Positions 51,957-62,076 are shown, counted from the first letter of the stretch. The stretch is DNA of 64,000 nt from an uncultured Bacilli bacterium (GCA_963544395.1 CAUUFA010000001.1:66-64065); one strand, 5' to 3'. The notes: generated by a model from the sequence alone, not told the origin. A program made the numbers and translations.

Positions 51957-52110
51957 TAAAACTACTTCTTTTTTTACTTTAACAACTTCTATTTTTTAGA
52001 AAAAAGTTCATTATGCATGCAACCGATAGTTGCGAGTATGAAAACCAGAATTGGTAGTGCAACCGCCGCCACAACCGATATACTTTAGCCATACAACGGA
52101 GGACAAAACG

Positions 52111-52812
52111 ATGAACATCAAAATCGCAGACCGCTTGGTCGAATTACGAAAGAAGTACGGGTATTCCCAAGAAGACTTAGCGAATAAGTTAGGATTATCC
52201 AGGCAAGCCGTGTCGAAATGGGAGAGGGCAGAGGCTAGCCCAGATACCGATAATCTGATCTGCTTGGCCAAGCTCTACAACGTCTCCTTAGATGAGCTCT
52301 TATCCACGGATCAGAGCATCGAGGATATCGCTGAAGAGACCAAAGAGAGAGAGGAAGAATCCAAGGCTCAGTCTCACTCTGAAACTGGGAAGAAAGAAGA
52401 AAAAGATTCGAACAAAGAGAAGAAAATGACAGCCGCAGACCGCAAACAAACAGCGATCACCAGCACCATCGGCGGACTGACCGCATTAGTCATCACGATC
52501 ATCTATCTGACTTTAGGTTTCCTTCTTCCTGACGGAAAAGGCTGGATCAACTACTGGATGCTTTTCATCCTGGTTCCTGTCATCCCTTCCATCTATGAAG
52601 CTTTCTATAAAAAGAAGATCACGGCTTTCTGCTATCCCTGCCTCATCGCCGCTATCTATTGCTACTTAGGCATGAACATTGCAAACGGCTGGCATCCGTG
52701 GTGGGTGCTCTTTGTCACCATTCCTGCCTTCTACACCGGATTCGGTGCGATCGACAGGCTCATTCACAAGAACGACCCCGACTATCAGGAAGAAGACAAA
52801 GACGAAGAATAA
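52111..52812 (+). CDS. XRE-family HTH protein with C-terminal multi-TM domain
   Basis: The start was set at MNIKIADRL (GGAGG RBS). HTH: YSQEDLANKLGLSRQAVSKWERAEASPDTDNL. Four hydrophobic helices are present in the C-terminal half. Confidence 0.8.
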   Translation: MNIKIADRLVELRKKYGYSQEDLANKLGLSRQAVSKWERAEASPDTDNLICLAKLYNVSLDELLSTDQSIEDIAEETKEREEESKAQSHSETGKKEEKDSNKEKKMTAADRKQTAITSTIGGLTALVITIIYLTLGFLLPDGKGWINYWMLFILVPVIPSIYEAFYKKKITAFCYPCLIAAIYCYLGMNIANGWHPWWVLFVTIPAFYTGFGAIDRLIHKNDPDYQEEDKDEE

Positions 52813-52957
52813 GCCTGAGGAAGAGAGCAATCTCTTCCTTTTTTGATGGAAAAGTCCCTTGCCTGGCAAACCATATCTTGAAAGCGATCGATTTTCGGAT
52901 AACATACATCTGCCAAAGGAAATCTGATATAATGCTGTGTCTATCGGGAGGTATGAG

Positions 52958-54544
52958 ATGTTGACCGTTTCTGATTTATATATGCAGTTTGGAACGAAAG
53001 TTCTTTTCAAAGACGTCAATCTGAAATTCACACCCGGAGAATGCTACGGCATCATCGGGGCCAACGGAGCCGGGAAATCCACGCTGCTGAGGATCGTCGC
53101 CGGAGAGCTGGAACCGACCGGCGGTCATGTTTCCAAGGATCCTAAAGAGCGTATGTCCATCCTCCGTCAGGATCACAACGCCTTCGATGATACTGAGGTT
53201 CTGAGAACGGTGTTATTGGGTTATCCAAGACTGGTTCAGGTCATGGATGAGAAAGATGCCCTGTATGCGAAAACGGACTTTTCCGAAGAGGACGGAACCA
53301 AAGCGGCAGAGCTGGAAAACGAATTTGCCGAGATGAATGGCTGGAACGCTGAGAGCGATGCTCAGACCCTGCTTCAGCAGTTAGGGATTCCTGAAGAGTT
53401 CCACCACACGCTGATGAAAGACCTGGATGCCAAGATGAAGGTCAAAGTCCTATTGGCTCAGGCGCTGTTTGGAAATCCGGATATTCTGATCTTAGATGAG
53501 CCCACCAACAACCTGGATGCGAAAGCCTGCAAGTGGTTAGAAGACTTCCTCATCAATTTCGAGAACACGATCCTGATCGTCTCCCACGACCGTTACTTCC
53601 TCAACCGGGTCTGCACCAGAATCCTGGATGTCGATTATAATCAGATCAACCTCTTCATCGGAAACTACGACTTCTGGGTGCAGTCGTCGCAGCTCATCCA
53701 GGCTCAGCTTCGGGATGAAAACAAAAAGAAGGAGGAGCGGGTCAAAGAGCTTCAGGACTTCATCCGTCGCTTCGCAGCCAACGCCGCGAAATCGAGGCAG
53801 GCGACTTCTAGAAAGAAATCATTGGAGAAGATTCAGCTCGATGATCTCAAACCTTCCTCCCGCCGTTATCCCTTCATCGACTTCCGCAGCGAGTTCCAGT
53901 TAGGAAAAGATGTCTTGGAAGTCCATCATCTGACCAAAGATGGCCTGTTTAAGGATTTATCCTTCGTTCTGACCAACACCGATAAGGTCGCTTTCCTAGC
54001 GGATAACTCCCTTGCCATCACCAAGCTGTTTGACATCCTCAACAATCTCGATGCTCCTGACAGTGGCGAATTCCATTACGGCATCACCATACATCCGACC
54101 TATATCGCTGCGTCCCTGGCGGAATTCAACAACGTGGATACGACGTTAGTCAATTACTTACGGCCTTATGCCAAAGAGACCACCGACACCTATATCCGAG
54201 GATTCTTGGGAAGGATGCTCTTCGGGGGAGAAGATGCTTTGAAACAAGTCAAGGTTCTCTCCGGCGGAGAAAAGGTCCGTCTCCGCTTCTGCAAAGTGAT
54301 GTTAGAGCCCGGAAACCTCATCATGCTCGATGACCCGACCAACCATCTCGACCTTGAGTCCATTGAATCTCTCAATAAGGCGATGAAAGAGACAAAGTCG
54401 GTTCTCCTCTTCTCCTCACACGATAGAGAACTCATGAATACGATGGCAAACCGCATCATCTATCTCCGCGCTGATGGCACATATGTCGATCGCTATATGA
54501 CCTACGACGAATTCGAGGATCAGTACTTCGTCAAAGGAAAGTAA
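52958..54544 (+). CDS. ABC-F family ATPase (two ABC domains, no TM)
   Basis: Two Walker A/signature sets (GANGAGKST ... LSGG-type, ILILDEPTNNLD; LSGGEKVRL, LIMLDDPTNHLD) and an interdomain linker rich in K/E/R. Confidence 0.9.
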   Translation: MLTVSDLYMQFGTKVLFKDVNLKFTPGECYGIIGANGAGKSTLLRIVAGELEPTGGHVSKDPKERMSILRQDHNAFDDTEVLRTVLLGYPRLVQVMDEKDALYAKTDFSEEDGTKAAELENEFAEMNGWNAESDAQTLLQQLGIPEEFHHTLMKDLDAKMKVKVLLAQALFGNPDILILDEPTNNLDAKACKWLEDFLINFENTILIVSHDRYFLNRVCTRILDVDYNQINLFIGNYDFWVQSSQLIQAQLRDENKKKEERVKELQDFIRRFAANAAKSRQATSRKKSLEKIQLDDLKPSSRRYPFIDFRSEFQLGKDVLEVHHLTKDGLFKDLSFVLTNTDKVAFLADNSLAITKLFDILNNLDAPDSGEFHYGITIHPTYIAASLAEFNNVDTTLVNYLRPYAKETTDTYIRGFLGRMLFGGEDALKQVKVLSGGEKVRLRFCKVMLEPGNLIMLDDPTNHLDLESIESLNKAMKETKSVLLFSSHDRELMNTMANRIIYLRADGTYVDRYMTYDEFEDQYFVKGK

Positions 54545-54547
54545 ATA

Positions 54548-54580
54548 AAATGGTTTCCCGTTCAACTCGGGAAACCATTT
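54548..54580. terminator. Bidirectional terminator
   Basis: 13-bp stem AAATGGTTTCCCG/CGGGAAACCATTT with loop TTCAACT. Confidence 0.7.
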
Positions 54581-55152
54581 CAGTTGATAATACCAAGATT
54601 GACGAGGTCTTTCTCTAAAGCATCTCTAGGAAGACCCATGATGGTGTAGTACTCACCATCGATTACTTTCGCGTTGATGAACTCCGAATCCTGAACGCCG
54701 TAACCGCCCGCTTTATCATAAGGGGAGCCTGTATCCAGATAAGCTTCGATCTCTGCATCCGCCATCTTCTCGATGAAGAGGTGGGAGACGCAGATACGAT
54801 GCTTCAGCTCCATGTCACCTTTACGGATGACATAGGCCGTGACGATCTCGTGCGTGTTTCCGCTCAAGAGACGAAGCATCCTCAAGGCATCGTCGTGATC
54901 CTTGGGTTTGCCTAAGAGCTTTCCCTGATAGGAGACCATCGTATCGGAGGCGATAGTGATATCGTCAGGATAGAGGCGAGAGACCTCTTCTCCTTTCCCC
55001 ATCGCTTCCTTCAGGCAGTAGATCTTGACATCGCTGTCATGGACTGTCCTCTCATCGAAGTGAGAGGGCACACATTGAAACGGGATTCTGTCCCCTAAGA
55101 TATCCTTCAGAATCTCTTTCCGTCTCGGAGACTGGCTAGCCAGAATGATCAT
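54580..55152 (-). CDS. maf: Maf-like nucleoside-triphosphate pyrophosphatase
   Basis: Contains MIILASQSPRRKEIL...DKAGGYGVQ motifs. 190 aa. It overlaps the RNase J stop by 4 nt. Confidence 0.9.
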   Translation of the reverse strand: MIILASQSPRRKEILKDILGDRIPFQCVPSHFDERTVHDSDVKIYCLKEAMGKGEEVSRLYPDDITIASDTMVSYQGKLLGKPKDHDDALRMLRLLSGNTHEIVTAYVIRKGDMELKHRICVSHLFIEKMADAEIEAYLDTGSPYDKAGGYGVQDSEFINAKVIDGEYYTIMGLPRDALEKDLVNLGIIN

Positions 55153-56849
55153 TGTTTTTTCTCTCCGTTATAGTTCATGATGACAGGGATAATGATTGGA
55201 TTGCGATGCGATTCCCGATAGAGGAACCTAGAGGTGACGTTCTTCACCGTATTCTTGACTTCCTGCATGGAAATCTTCTTGTGGGCATTGAGCAGGTTCA
55301 TCACTTCGATGCCGATGATCTCAGAAGCTTTTCTCTGCAACCCCTTCTTGTTGGATGAGATGAAGCCTCTCGATGCTACAACCGGCTGTGAGATCAAAGT
55401 GTTCGCCTTCTGATCGATGAGCAGATACACGCCGACGAAACCTTCGTTCATCAGTGTGGAGCGATCCTTGATGACAGCGTTGGAGATACCGACTGCGCTC
55501 TTTCCATCGATGTAGATGGAATCTGCCTGCACCCGGGAGCCGCGGCTGACCTGATGGTTGATGAGCGTGAGGACGTCGCCGTTCTCGCAGACGAAGGTGT
55601 GATCCTTGGGAAGTCCGCATTCAACACCGACCTTCGCATGAAGCTTAAGCATTCGATACTCGCCGTGGATCGGCATGAAGTAATGCGGCCTTGCAAGTTT
55701 CTGCAGCAGTCTCATCTCCTGCCTTGAAGCGTGTCCGGAAGCGTGAAGATTCGTGAAAGAAGAATTAAGGATAACGCTGGCGCCAAGCCTCGTGAGCTGA
55801 TTGACAACTCGATTGACAGATCCGGTGTTGCCAGGGATGACAGAAGCGGAGAAGATGATGGTATCGCCGGGTAGGACGTTGATGAAGCGATGATCGCCTC
55901 TGGCGATTCTGGACATGACCGCCATCGGTTCGCCCTGCGTTCCGGTGCAAAGAATCGTGATCTGATCTGCGGGAAGATGCTTGAGATCTTCCGGCTTTGC
56001 CAGATATTCATCCGGGCACTTGATGTAACCGAACTCTCTGGCAGCCTGGATGTTAGATTCCATAGAACGACCGAAGACGATGATCTTCCGCTTGAAGCGG
56101 ATGGAGGTTTCGATGATCTGCTGGATACGGGAGATGTTAGAGGAGAAGGTGGAGATCAGAAGCCGTCCCGATGCTTCCGAGAAAACATCCGTGATGCCTT
56201 GAATGACGCTCTTCTCAGACTTAGTGTAGCCTTCCCGTTCTGCGTTGGTGGAATCCGCCATCAGCAAATCGATGCCCTGATCGCCATACCGAGTCAGCTT
56301 GCTTAAGTTGAAATCAGCATCGACAGGGGTGAGGTCGATCTTGAAGTCGCCCGACTCCACGACCGTCCCCTGAGGCGTGTTGATGAAGACACCGAAAGAA
56401 TCGGGGATCGAATGTGTGACATGATAAAACTCACAGCGGAAATCACCGAACTGAAGCTTGTCATCCTCTTCGTATTCGATGATTTTGGTGTTCGTATTGA
56501 TACGGTCGTCCTGCAGCTTGTGACGGATGAGAGCACAGGCAATCTTCGGCGCATAAATTGCCGGGATGTTGACCTGCTGAAGCAAGAAAGGAATTCCCCC
56601 GATGTGGTCTTCGTGGCCATGGGTGATCACCAAAGCCCTGATCTTGCTTTGTTTTTCAATCAGATGCGTGAAATCCGGAATGACATAATCGATTCCGGGC
56701 ATCTCATCTCCGGGGAACATGACACCGCAGTCAATGATGAGAAGATCGTTGACATTTTCCAGGCAATACATGTTTTTGCCGACTTCCCCAAGCCCGCCGA
56801 GAGCATAAATCTCGACCGGTGAAGTCAAAGCATTTGCAAATTCAGACAT
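55149..56849 (-). CDS. rnj: Ribonuclease J
   Basis: Metallo-beta-lactamase HxHxDH (ITHGHEDHIGG), beta-CASP and the C-terminal domain. The N-terminus is EIYALGGLGEVGKNMY. The start was set at MSEFAN (GAGGT RBS). Confidence 0.9.
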   Translation of the reverse strand: MSEFANALTSPVEIYALGGLGEVGKNMYCLENVNDLLIIDCGVMFPGDEMPGIDYVIPDFTHLIEKQSKIRALVITHGHEDHIGGIPFLLQQVNIPAIYAPKIACALIRHKLQDDRINTNTKIIEYEEDDKLQFGDFRCEFYHVTHSIPDSFGVFINTPQGTVVESGDFKIDLTPVDADFNLSKLTRYGDQGIDLLMADSTNAEREGYTKSEKSVIQGITDVFSEASGRLLISTFSSNISRIQQIIETSIRFKRKIIVFGRSMESNIQAAREFGYIKCPDEYLAKPEDLKHLPADQITILCTGTQGEPMAVMSRIARGDHRFINVLPGDTIIFSASVIPGNTGSVNRVVNQLTRLGASVILNSSFTNLHASGHASRQEMRLLQKLARPHYFMPIHGEYRMLKLHAKVGVECGLPKDHTFVCENGDVLTLINHQVSRGSRVQADSIYIDGKSAVGISNAVIKDRSTLMNEGFVGVYLLIDQKANTLISQPVVASRGFISSNKKGLQRKASEIIGIEVMNLLNAHKKISMQEVKNTVKNVTSRFLYRESHRNPIIIPVIMNYNGEKKQ

Positions 56850-56963
56850 AGATATACCTCGTAAAAAATAAGAAAACAAAATGATTTTTCAATCGTCTGT
56901 TATTTCAACCATTGTAAACAAGAGAGCCTCTTTTGACAAGTGATTTTTTCAGGATGGAAAGAA

Positions 56964-57539
56964 TCAGCAGGCGATGGCGTCCGGATCGGTGCGGAAAGGA
57001 TCCTTCCGATCGATTTTATCGGTATAAAGAATGCCGTCGAGATGATCGTACTCATGCTGGAAGACAATCGCCGGATAGCCAAACAGCCGGAGAGTAACCT
57101 CTTGATCCGAGACGACATCAAACGCCTTCAGCGTGATCTTATAATAACGGTAGACATAGCCGGGCTTGTCTTTCGGAACGCTGAGGCATCCTTCACCGGT
57201 TTCAAGATAGGCTTTCTTGACGCTGGTGGAAAGGATCACCGGGTTGACCAAACCATATTCATAATGTTTGTCACCATCATCAAAATAAATGGCGAAAAAG
57301 CGCTGGGAGATGCCGATCTGAGGAGCGGCGATCCCTACGCCGGCTCGTATGTGAAGTTCCTTTGCTACTTCTTCTTTCTGCGACTCTTTCAGATATTCGA
57401 CCATATCTAAAAGGGTCTGTCTGATCTCAGGGGAGACAGGAAGAGCAACCTCAGCAGCTCTCTGATGAACCACAGGCTCTTCATCGGTATAAATTCTAAA
57501 GTTTTTCATAATCCGGTTGGTATTATATAACTTTTCCAT
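56964..57539 (-). CDS. def: Peptide deformylase
   Basis: Three motifs are present: GVGIAAPQIG, EGCLSVP and QHEYDHLDG. The start is uncertain (57539 or 57509). The full ORF start at 57584 is unlikely because it overlaps the divergent gene. Confidence 0.85.
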   Translation of the reverse strand: MEKLYNTNRIMKNFRIYTDEEPVVHQRAAEVALPVSPEIRQTLLDMVEYLKESQKEEVAKELHIRAGVGIAAPQIGISQRFFAIYFDDGDKHYEYGLVNPVILSTSVKKAYLETGEGCLSVPKDKPGYVYRYYKITLKAFDVVSDQEVTLRLFGYPAIVFQHEYDHLDGILYTDKIDRKDPFRTDPDAIAC

Positions 57540-57582
57540 CACCCGCGGAATGATTTTGCCCGGTAAATGATATAATAACGGC

Positions 57583-57912
57583 ATGACTGAGGAAGAATTT
57601 CTTCAAGAAGAGAACGAGTTTCTAATCGCTGTCCGTGAGTCAGCCCTTTATCGCCGAACAAAGGAGCTCTCCGATAAAATCGATCAGGATCCTAGGCTCT
57701 GCTCTCTGGCAAAACAGAGAGATGATTTTTATGAGCGATCCACCTATGCGGAAAGCGAAGAAAAGCAGAAGCTGCTTCTGGAATTCAAGAGGCTCGATGA
57801 TGGACTGAGAAACGATCCGCTTGTATCCGAATATCTCGCCTGTTATCAGGAGATGCGGGAAATCCTCGGGCATCTTTCCAATCTCTTTGCCAAGGAGCTA
57901 CAAACCCTATGA
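57583..57912 (+). CDS. YlbF/YmcA-like helical protein
   Basis: 109 aa and helical. Its position upstream of rsmD-coaD mirrors the Bacillus ylbF...ylbH(rsmD)-coaD neighbourhood. Confidence 0.45.
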   Translation: MTEEEFLQEENEFLIAVRESALYRRTKELSDKIDQDPRLCSLAKQRDDFYERSTYAESEEKQKLLLEFKRLDDGLRNDPLVSEYLACYQEMREILGHLSNLFAKELQTL

Positions 57913-58457
57913 TCAGAATCATCGCAGGAATCTACAAGGGAAGATTCCTGAAAATACCAAACAGCAAAGTGACGCGCCCCACGATGGATAAAGTCAGGCA
58001 GGCGATCTTCTCTGCCATGAAGGACAAAGCCGTCCACGCTCTTGCCCTCGATTTGTTCGCCGGATCCGGAGCGATGGGAATCGAGGCGCTCTCGCGCGGC
58101 GCCAAGAAAGCTTATCTCAACGACAAGGACCATCAGACGTTCCGTCTAATGGTCGGCAATCTCAAAGATCTCGATATCCCCAGCGATCAGTATGAAGTCA
58201 GCAACATGGATTACCGTCTCTTCCTGAAGAAGCATCGCGATGTTCAGTTTGACTTGGTTTTTCTCGATCCACCCTATCGTTTCACCATCAATCAGGAGAT
58301 CATCGAAGAGATGCAGAAACAGAACCAGCTTGCCAAAGGAGCACTCATTGTCTCCGAGCAGGATTATCCAAACCCGGATATCCCGGGATTCACAAAAAGG
58401 GAATACCGCTATGGTGAGAAATATGTCGCACTATATGATAAAGGGGACACAGAATGA
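57909..58457 (+). CDS. rsmD: 16S rRNA (guanine966-N2)-methyltransferase RsmD
   Basis: Contains MIRIIAGIYKGRFLKIPNSKVTRPTMDKVRQAIFS, LDLFAGSGAMGIEALSRGA and DPPY motifs. Confidence 0.9.
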   Translation: MIRIIAGIYKGRFLKIPNSKVTRPTMDKVRQAIFSAMKDKAVHALALDLFAGSGAMGIEALSRGAKKAYLNDKDHQTFRLMVGNLKDLDIPSDQYEVSNMDYRLFLKKHRDVQFDLVFLDPPYRFTINQEIIEEMQKQNQLAKGALIVSEQDYPNPDIPGFTKREYRYGEKYVALYDKGDTE

Positions 58458-58945
58458 AAACAGCAGTTTATCCGGGATCCTTTGATCCCCTGACCAACGG
58501 TCATCTCGACATTGCTCTCAGAGCTAGGAAAATCTTCGATAAAGTCATCATCATGATCGCCGATAACCCGGCAAAACGGGGAAGCTATCTCTTCAGCGGA
58601 GAAGAGAGAGTCGCTTTAGCAAAAGAAACCTTCCGACAATATGATGGTTTTGAGGTCGTGCTCTGCACGAGCCTTGTGGTGCGGAAAGCTAAGGAACTAG
58701 GCGCCCAGGCTCTGATCCGTGGATTGAGAGCCGTCACCGACTATGAGGCGGAATTCCAGCTTCACGAAGTCAACGAGTACATCGAGCCGACGGTCGATAT
58801 GGTCTATCTGATGGCGGCCAAGGATCAGGCGTTTGTTTCCTCAAGCAGCGTCAAAGAGCTCTTCTTCCATGGGGAAGACATCGAAAGACTCGTTCCGGAA
58901 CCTGTCTACCAAGCAATGCTGAAAAAGAAGCAACAGACACGATAG
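58454..58945 (+). CDS. coaD: Pantetheine-phosphate adenylyltransferase
   Basis: Contains AVYPGSFDPLTNGHLDI (HxGH-type motif) and the ISSSLVKE-like FVSSSSVKE. ATGA overlap with rsmD. Confidence 0.93.
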   Translation: MKTAVYPGSFDPLTNGHLDIALRARKIFDKVIIMIADNPAKRGSYLFSGEERVALAKETFRQYDGFEVVLCTSLVVRKAKELGAQALIRGLRAVTDYEAEFQLHEVNEYIEPTVDMVYLMAAKDQAFVSSSSVKELFFHGEDIERLVPEPVYQAMLKKKQQTR

Positions 58946-58957
58946 AGCAATAAAAAT

Positions 58958-58992
58958 CCCTCGGCGCATTCGTCCGAGGGTTTTGTTTTGCC
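58958..58992. terminator. Terminator between convergent genes
   Basis: Stem CCCTCGG/CCGAGGG with a 9-nt loop, followed by TTTTGTTTT. Confidence 0.65.
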
Positions 58993-59895
58993 TTATTTCT
59001 TATAGATTTCGAAGTTGTAGATATCCAGCATCTGCGTGGCGATATTGGCATATGCAGAGATATCCAGGCCACCGATTTCGTTGAAGGTAACTCTTGCAGG
59101 TGTGGTATAGCGGATGACATTCTTATCAGAAGAAGTATCGGCGCTGTATCCTGCAGTATCTGTGATGTAATTGGCAGCGCTCTTGTCCTTGATGAAGGTG
59201 ATGAAGAGTGGCGTCGGAAGCGTTCCGCCGGATGTCGGCGCATCCAGTCTGGTGTTGAGGATGGTCTCCGTAACCTTGCTGTTACGATGCACATCATCCT
59301 GATGGAGATAAACGTCTTTAACCGCTTGCTGAACATCGAATTGTTGCTGCAAGGTGATGTCACCGTTTTTATAATCAGCGAGCGTGCCTTGCTTCTTTGT
59401 CGTAGCCTTTGCATCATCTTTGACCCATGAGACATCGATGGTATAGAACTTCAGATTTTTCTTAGCAAAATTCTTGTTGTAATCGTTATACCAGGTTTCG
59501 ACACCCTTCTGCATCGAGCTGCAGGCATCGCAGTTGGACTTGTAGAACATAACGACAAACCCGACTTTGTTCTCATCGATCTTGGAGTTGGCATCTCCGA
59601 TGGCTCCGTTGCAGTCTTTGTTGCTGCCATCAAGATAGCCTTCCAGCTGAGAATAGGAGATTCTCTTCTTCTTGAAGAAGTTCGATTGGCTGTTCGTCGT
59701 GCTGGCGACGATCGCCTTGGTGATGTAAGGGATAGAGACGACGATGCTGACAACGACACCGACAATCAAAAGGACCTGCAGCCAAGCGGCTGATTTGAAC
59801 CATTCCCAGGCAGCGACAGCATGGGCCTTGCCGGCTCCTTTGCCTTTCTTTTCTTTCCTGGAGAGACGGGCTTCTTCGTTTTCATTCTCAGGCAT
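58993..59895 (-). CDS. Membrane-anchored extracytoplasmic protein with thioredoxin-like CxxC
   Basis: 300 aa with a basic N-terminus and TM (AAWLQVLLIVGVVVSIVVSIPYI). FVVMFYKSNCDACSSMQ resembles a Trx-fold CxxC motif. Confidence 0.45.
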   Translation of the reverse strand: MPENENEEARLSRKEKKGKGAGKAHAVAAWEWFKSAAWLQVLLIVGVVVSIVVSIPYITKAIVASTTNSQSNFFKKKRISYSQLEGYLDGSNKDCNGAIGDANSKIDENKVGFVVMFYKSNCDACSSMQKGVETWYNDYNKNFAKKNLKFYTIDVSWVKDDAKATTKKQGTLADYKNGDITLQQQFDVQQAVKDVYLHQDDVHRNSKVTETILNTRLDAPTSGGTLPTPLFITFIKDKSAANYITDTAGYSADTSSDKNVIRYTTPARVTFNEIGGLDISAYANIATQMLDIYNFEIYKK

Positions 59896-59952
59896 GGGAT
59901 TCCCTCCTTGCTAGCACACAGCGTTATGTTAAAAATAGGCTTATAAACAAAA

Positions 59953-60026
59953 TGGTGCCCCGAGCCAGAATTGAACTAGCAACTGGCCCTTACCAAGGGC
60001 CCGTTATACCGTTTAACTAAGGGGGC
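59953..60026 (-). tRNA. tRNA-Thr (anticodon GGU) candidate
   Basis: 74 nt on the minus strand. D arm GTTA-AACGGTA-TAAC, anticodon arm GGCCC-TTGGTAA-GGGCC, T arm GCTAG-TTCAATT-CTGGC, encoded ACCA. The acceptor stem has only 5 clean pairs (C6-C67 and T7-T66 mismatch). Confidence 0.5.
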
Positions 60027-60122
60027 AATCATCTATTTCACGGTGGATAACCGCACGAACTAATATAGCGAATCCGGTACTCAAAGTCAATAAAGAATCC
60101 ACCTTTGAAAAGAAAGGGGAGA

Positions 60123-61727
60123 TTATCGCTTCAGCTCCTTACGAAAGAGCTCCAGCGAGGCATCCCGAACGCCTTTGACTTCCAAGGTAGAGTAGCGAAG
60201 GATGTTGACTAATCCGATGTGATTCGGGTTCTTTTTCACGTCCTTCCGCTTCGCAATCATCACAGTTCCGCTCTCCTGATGAGAAAGATAACAGGCTAAC
60301 TCCGCCGCAAGATCGATGACTCTCTGTTTCTCTTTGCCTTCCAGAATGACGACGTGCGCTCCTGGGTAATCCTTGATGTGGAGGAACACATCTTCCTTGG
60401 TGGCAATGTCGAAAGTCAGCGTCTCGTTTTGCAGGCCGTTCATGCCGAAGCCGATCTTCCCGCCCTCAGCAAGGAGATAATGCGGCTCACATTTCTTGTT
60501 CTTCGAAGCTTTTGGCACGTATCGCTTGCTCTGCTTTTCCTTGATATATCCTTCCTGTATCAGCTCACTTTTCAGTTCCAGAATATCGCGAGGTGTTCCG
60601 TCCTGAACTTCCGTCTCTTTTTTGATCAGGTAATCAATCTCATCTTTATTTTTCTCGATGAGTCCATTGAGAATCTCAATACCGCTTTTGGCTTTCCGAT
60701 AAAGTTTGAAATAACGGTTCGCATTGTTCGGCGCATCGAAAATAGGATTTAGCGGAATCTTGTATCCGTCCATTTCAAGCGAGGTGTCGCCCTTGTGAAT
60801 CTCGGCCTGGTATTGATAAATCAACTGACCATAGTCATAATAGACCATCCTCTCTTTAGCGGAGGAAAGATCCTCGTTGAGGTTATTCAGCTTTTTCTTT
60901 GCCACCTTCAGTGCCTTCTCAATCAGCTTCATCAGATCCTTTTCTTTTTCTCTCCGAGCAAGCTCTTTCTGATCGCCGATATAAGTCTGATAGATCTCCG
61001 AAACAGCGAGAGGCTTCGCCTCTTTCTGATCAAAAGAGAAAGGGACGATATCCTTTCCTAATAGGTAAATCTGCTTCGAAGCAGCAATCTTCTTCAGCGT
61101 CTCATTCAAATCGTGTCCTTGAGATACATAACGCTCCAGATTCCGATAAAGGAAGTTTGTCAGATACGTCCTGACTTCCGCAATATCCTTCACCTCTGTC
61201 GGCAGCGTATCCCGTTCCGGAGGATAAACATAAGGAACATTCCTCGCCACAAAAATGCCTTTTTCCAGATCAGTCTTCTCCTTATATAAAGAGACGATCT
61301 TCCCATACGGATAGGCGATCAGATAACAGTTTGGCCGATTGGGGAAAAGTTCCAGAATGAAGTCGTATCCGGAATTGATCTCGGTGAGGTCGTTGGGATT
61401 AGCAGAGACGGTAATCGTCAGAATGCGTTCCCCTTTTCGCTTGCTGACAGAGGTGACTGTTCCCATAGCCATCTTTTTGAGGGAATTGAAAAAAGGCGTG
61501 TTCATCGCCACCTTGGTGTAGCGGTCCATCGAATAGGAGACGAAAGGATTGTTCGGTTCTAAGGAAAAAACCAAGGTCCCATGACGGATCGTGTCCGGGA
61601 GCACCTCGGAATAAGGGATTCCGAAATGATTTTCCCCTAAGGCAAGAGGGTTGCCAAACGTAGCGCCGACAAGCTGTTCCTTCAGCTGATCGGCGACGAT
61701 AGAAAGAGAAACATTGTCCAAAGCCAT
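60123..61727 (-). CDS. rqcH: NFACT-family RNA-binding protein (RqcH / fibronectin-binding protein A-like)
   Basis: 534 aa with an N-terminal NFACT-N pattern (MALDNVSLSIVADQLKEQLVGATF), a coiled-coil middle and a C-terminal DUF814 motif (IKDYPGAHVVI). Confidence 0.85.
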   Translation of the reverse strand: MALDNVSLSIVADQLKEQLVGATFGNPLALGENHFGIPYSEVLPDTIRHGTLVFSLEPNNPFVSYSMDRYTKVAMNTPFFNSLKKMAMGTVTSVSKRKGERILTITVSANPNDLTEINSGYDFILELFPNRPNCYLIAYPYGKIVSLYKEKTDLEKGIFVARNVPYVYPPERDTLPTEVKDIAEVRTYLTNFLYRNLERYVSQGHDLNETLKKIAASKQIYLLGKDIVPFSFDQKEAKPLAVSEIYQTYIGDQKELARREKEKDLMKLIEKALKVAKKKLNNLNEDLSSAKERMVYYDYGQLIYQYQAEIHKGDTSLEMDGYKIPLNPIFDAPNNANRYFKLYRKAKSGIEILNGLIEKNKDEIDYLIKKETEVQDGTPRDILELKSELIQEGYIKEKQSKRYVPKASKNKKCEPHYLLAEGGKIGFGMNGLQNETLTFDIATKEDVFLHIKDYPGAHVVILEGKEKQRVIDLAAELACYLSHQESGTVMIAKRKDVKKNPNHIGLVNILRYSTLEVKGVRDASLELFRKELKR

Positions 61728-61802
61728 ATGCCAATTATAGCAAAGATAAGCGGATTCCGGATAAAAAAAAGACCCCAGGAATCAACCCGGGGCATGAATG
61801 AA

Positions 61803-61934
61803 CTAGAACTCGTTGTGAATCATCAGCGAAGCGAAGATGCCATCGGCAAGAGCGGTCGCATAAGACTGCTTCTCTTCGGTTCTCTTGTTCAGTTTCTTTT
61901 CTCTCTTGAAGAGAGAAGACAAAAACTTTTTCAT
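61803..61934 (-). CDS. Small ORF (43 aa), not in the supplied ORF track
   Basis: It encodes MKKFLSSLFKREKKLNKRTEEKQSYATALADGIFASLMIHNEF. A strong AAGGAGGT RBS ends about 10 nt upstream of the ATG. Confidence 0.4.
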   Translation of the reverse strand: MKKFLSSLFKREKKLNKRTEEKQSYATALADGIFASLMIHNEF

Positions 61935-62076
61935 TTCTGATCATACCTCCTTGTAGATGTGCCATTTGTCTTTCGTCTCGCCTCTGCTTGGCTGATTAGG
62001 TCGACAGAATCGATTTGGTATCAAATGGAAGAGTACTTTACCCAAGTCCAACTGCATTGTCAACTGAGTTGACAGA

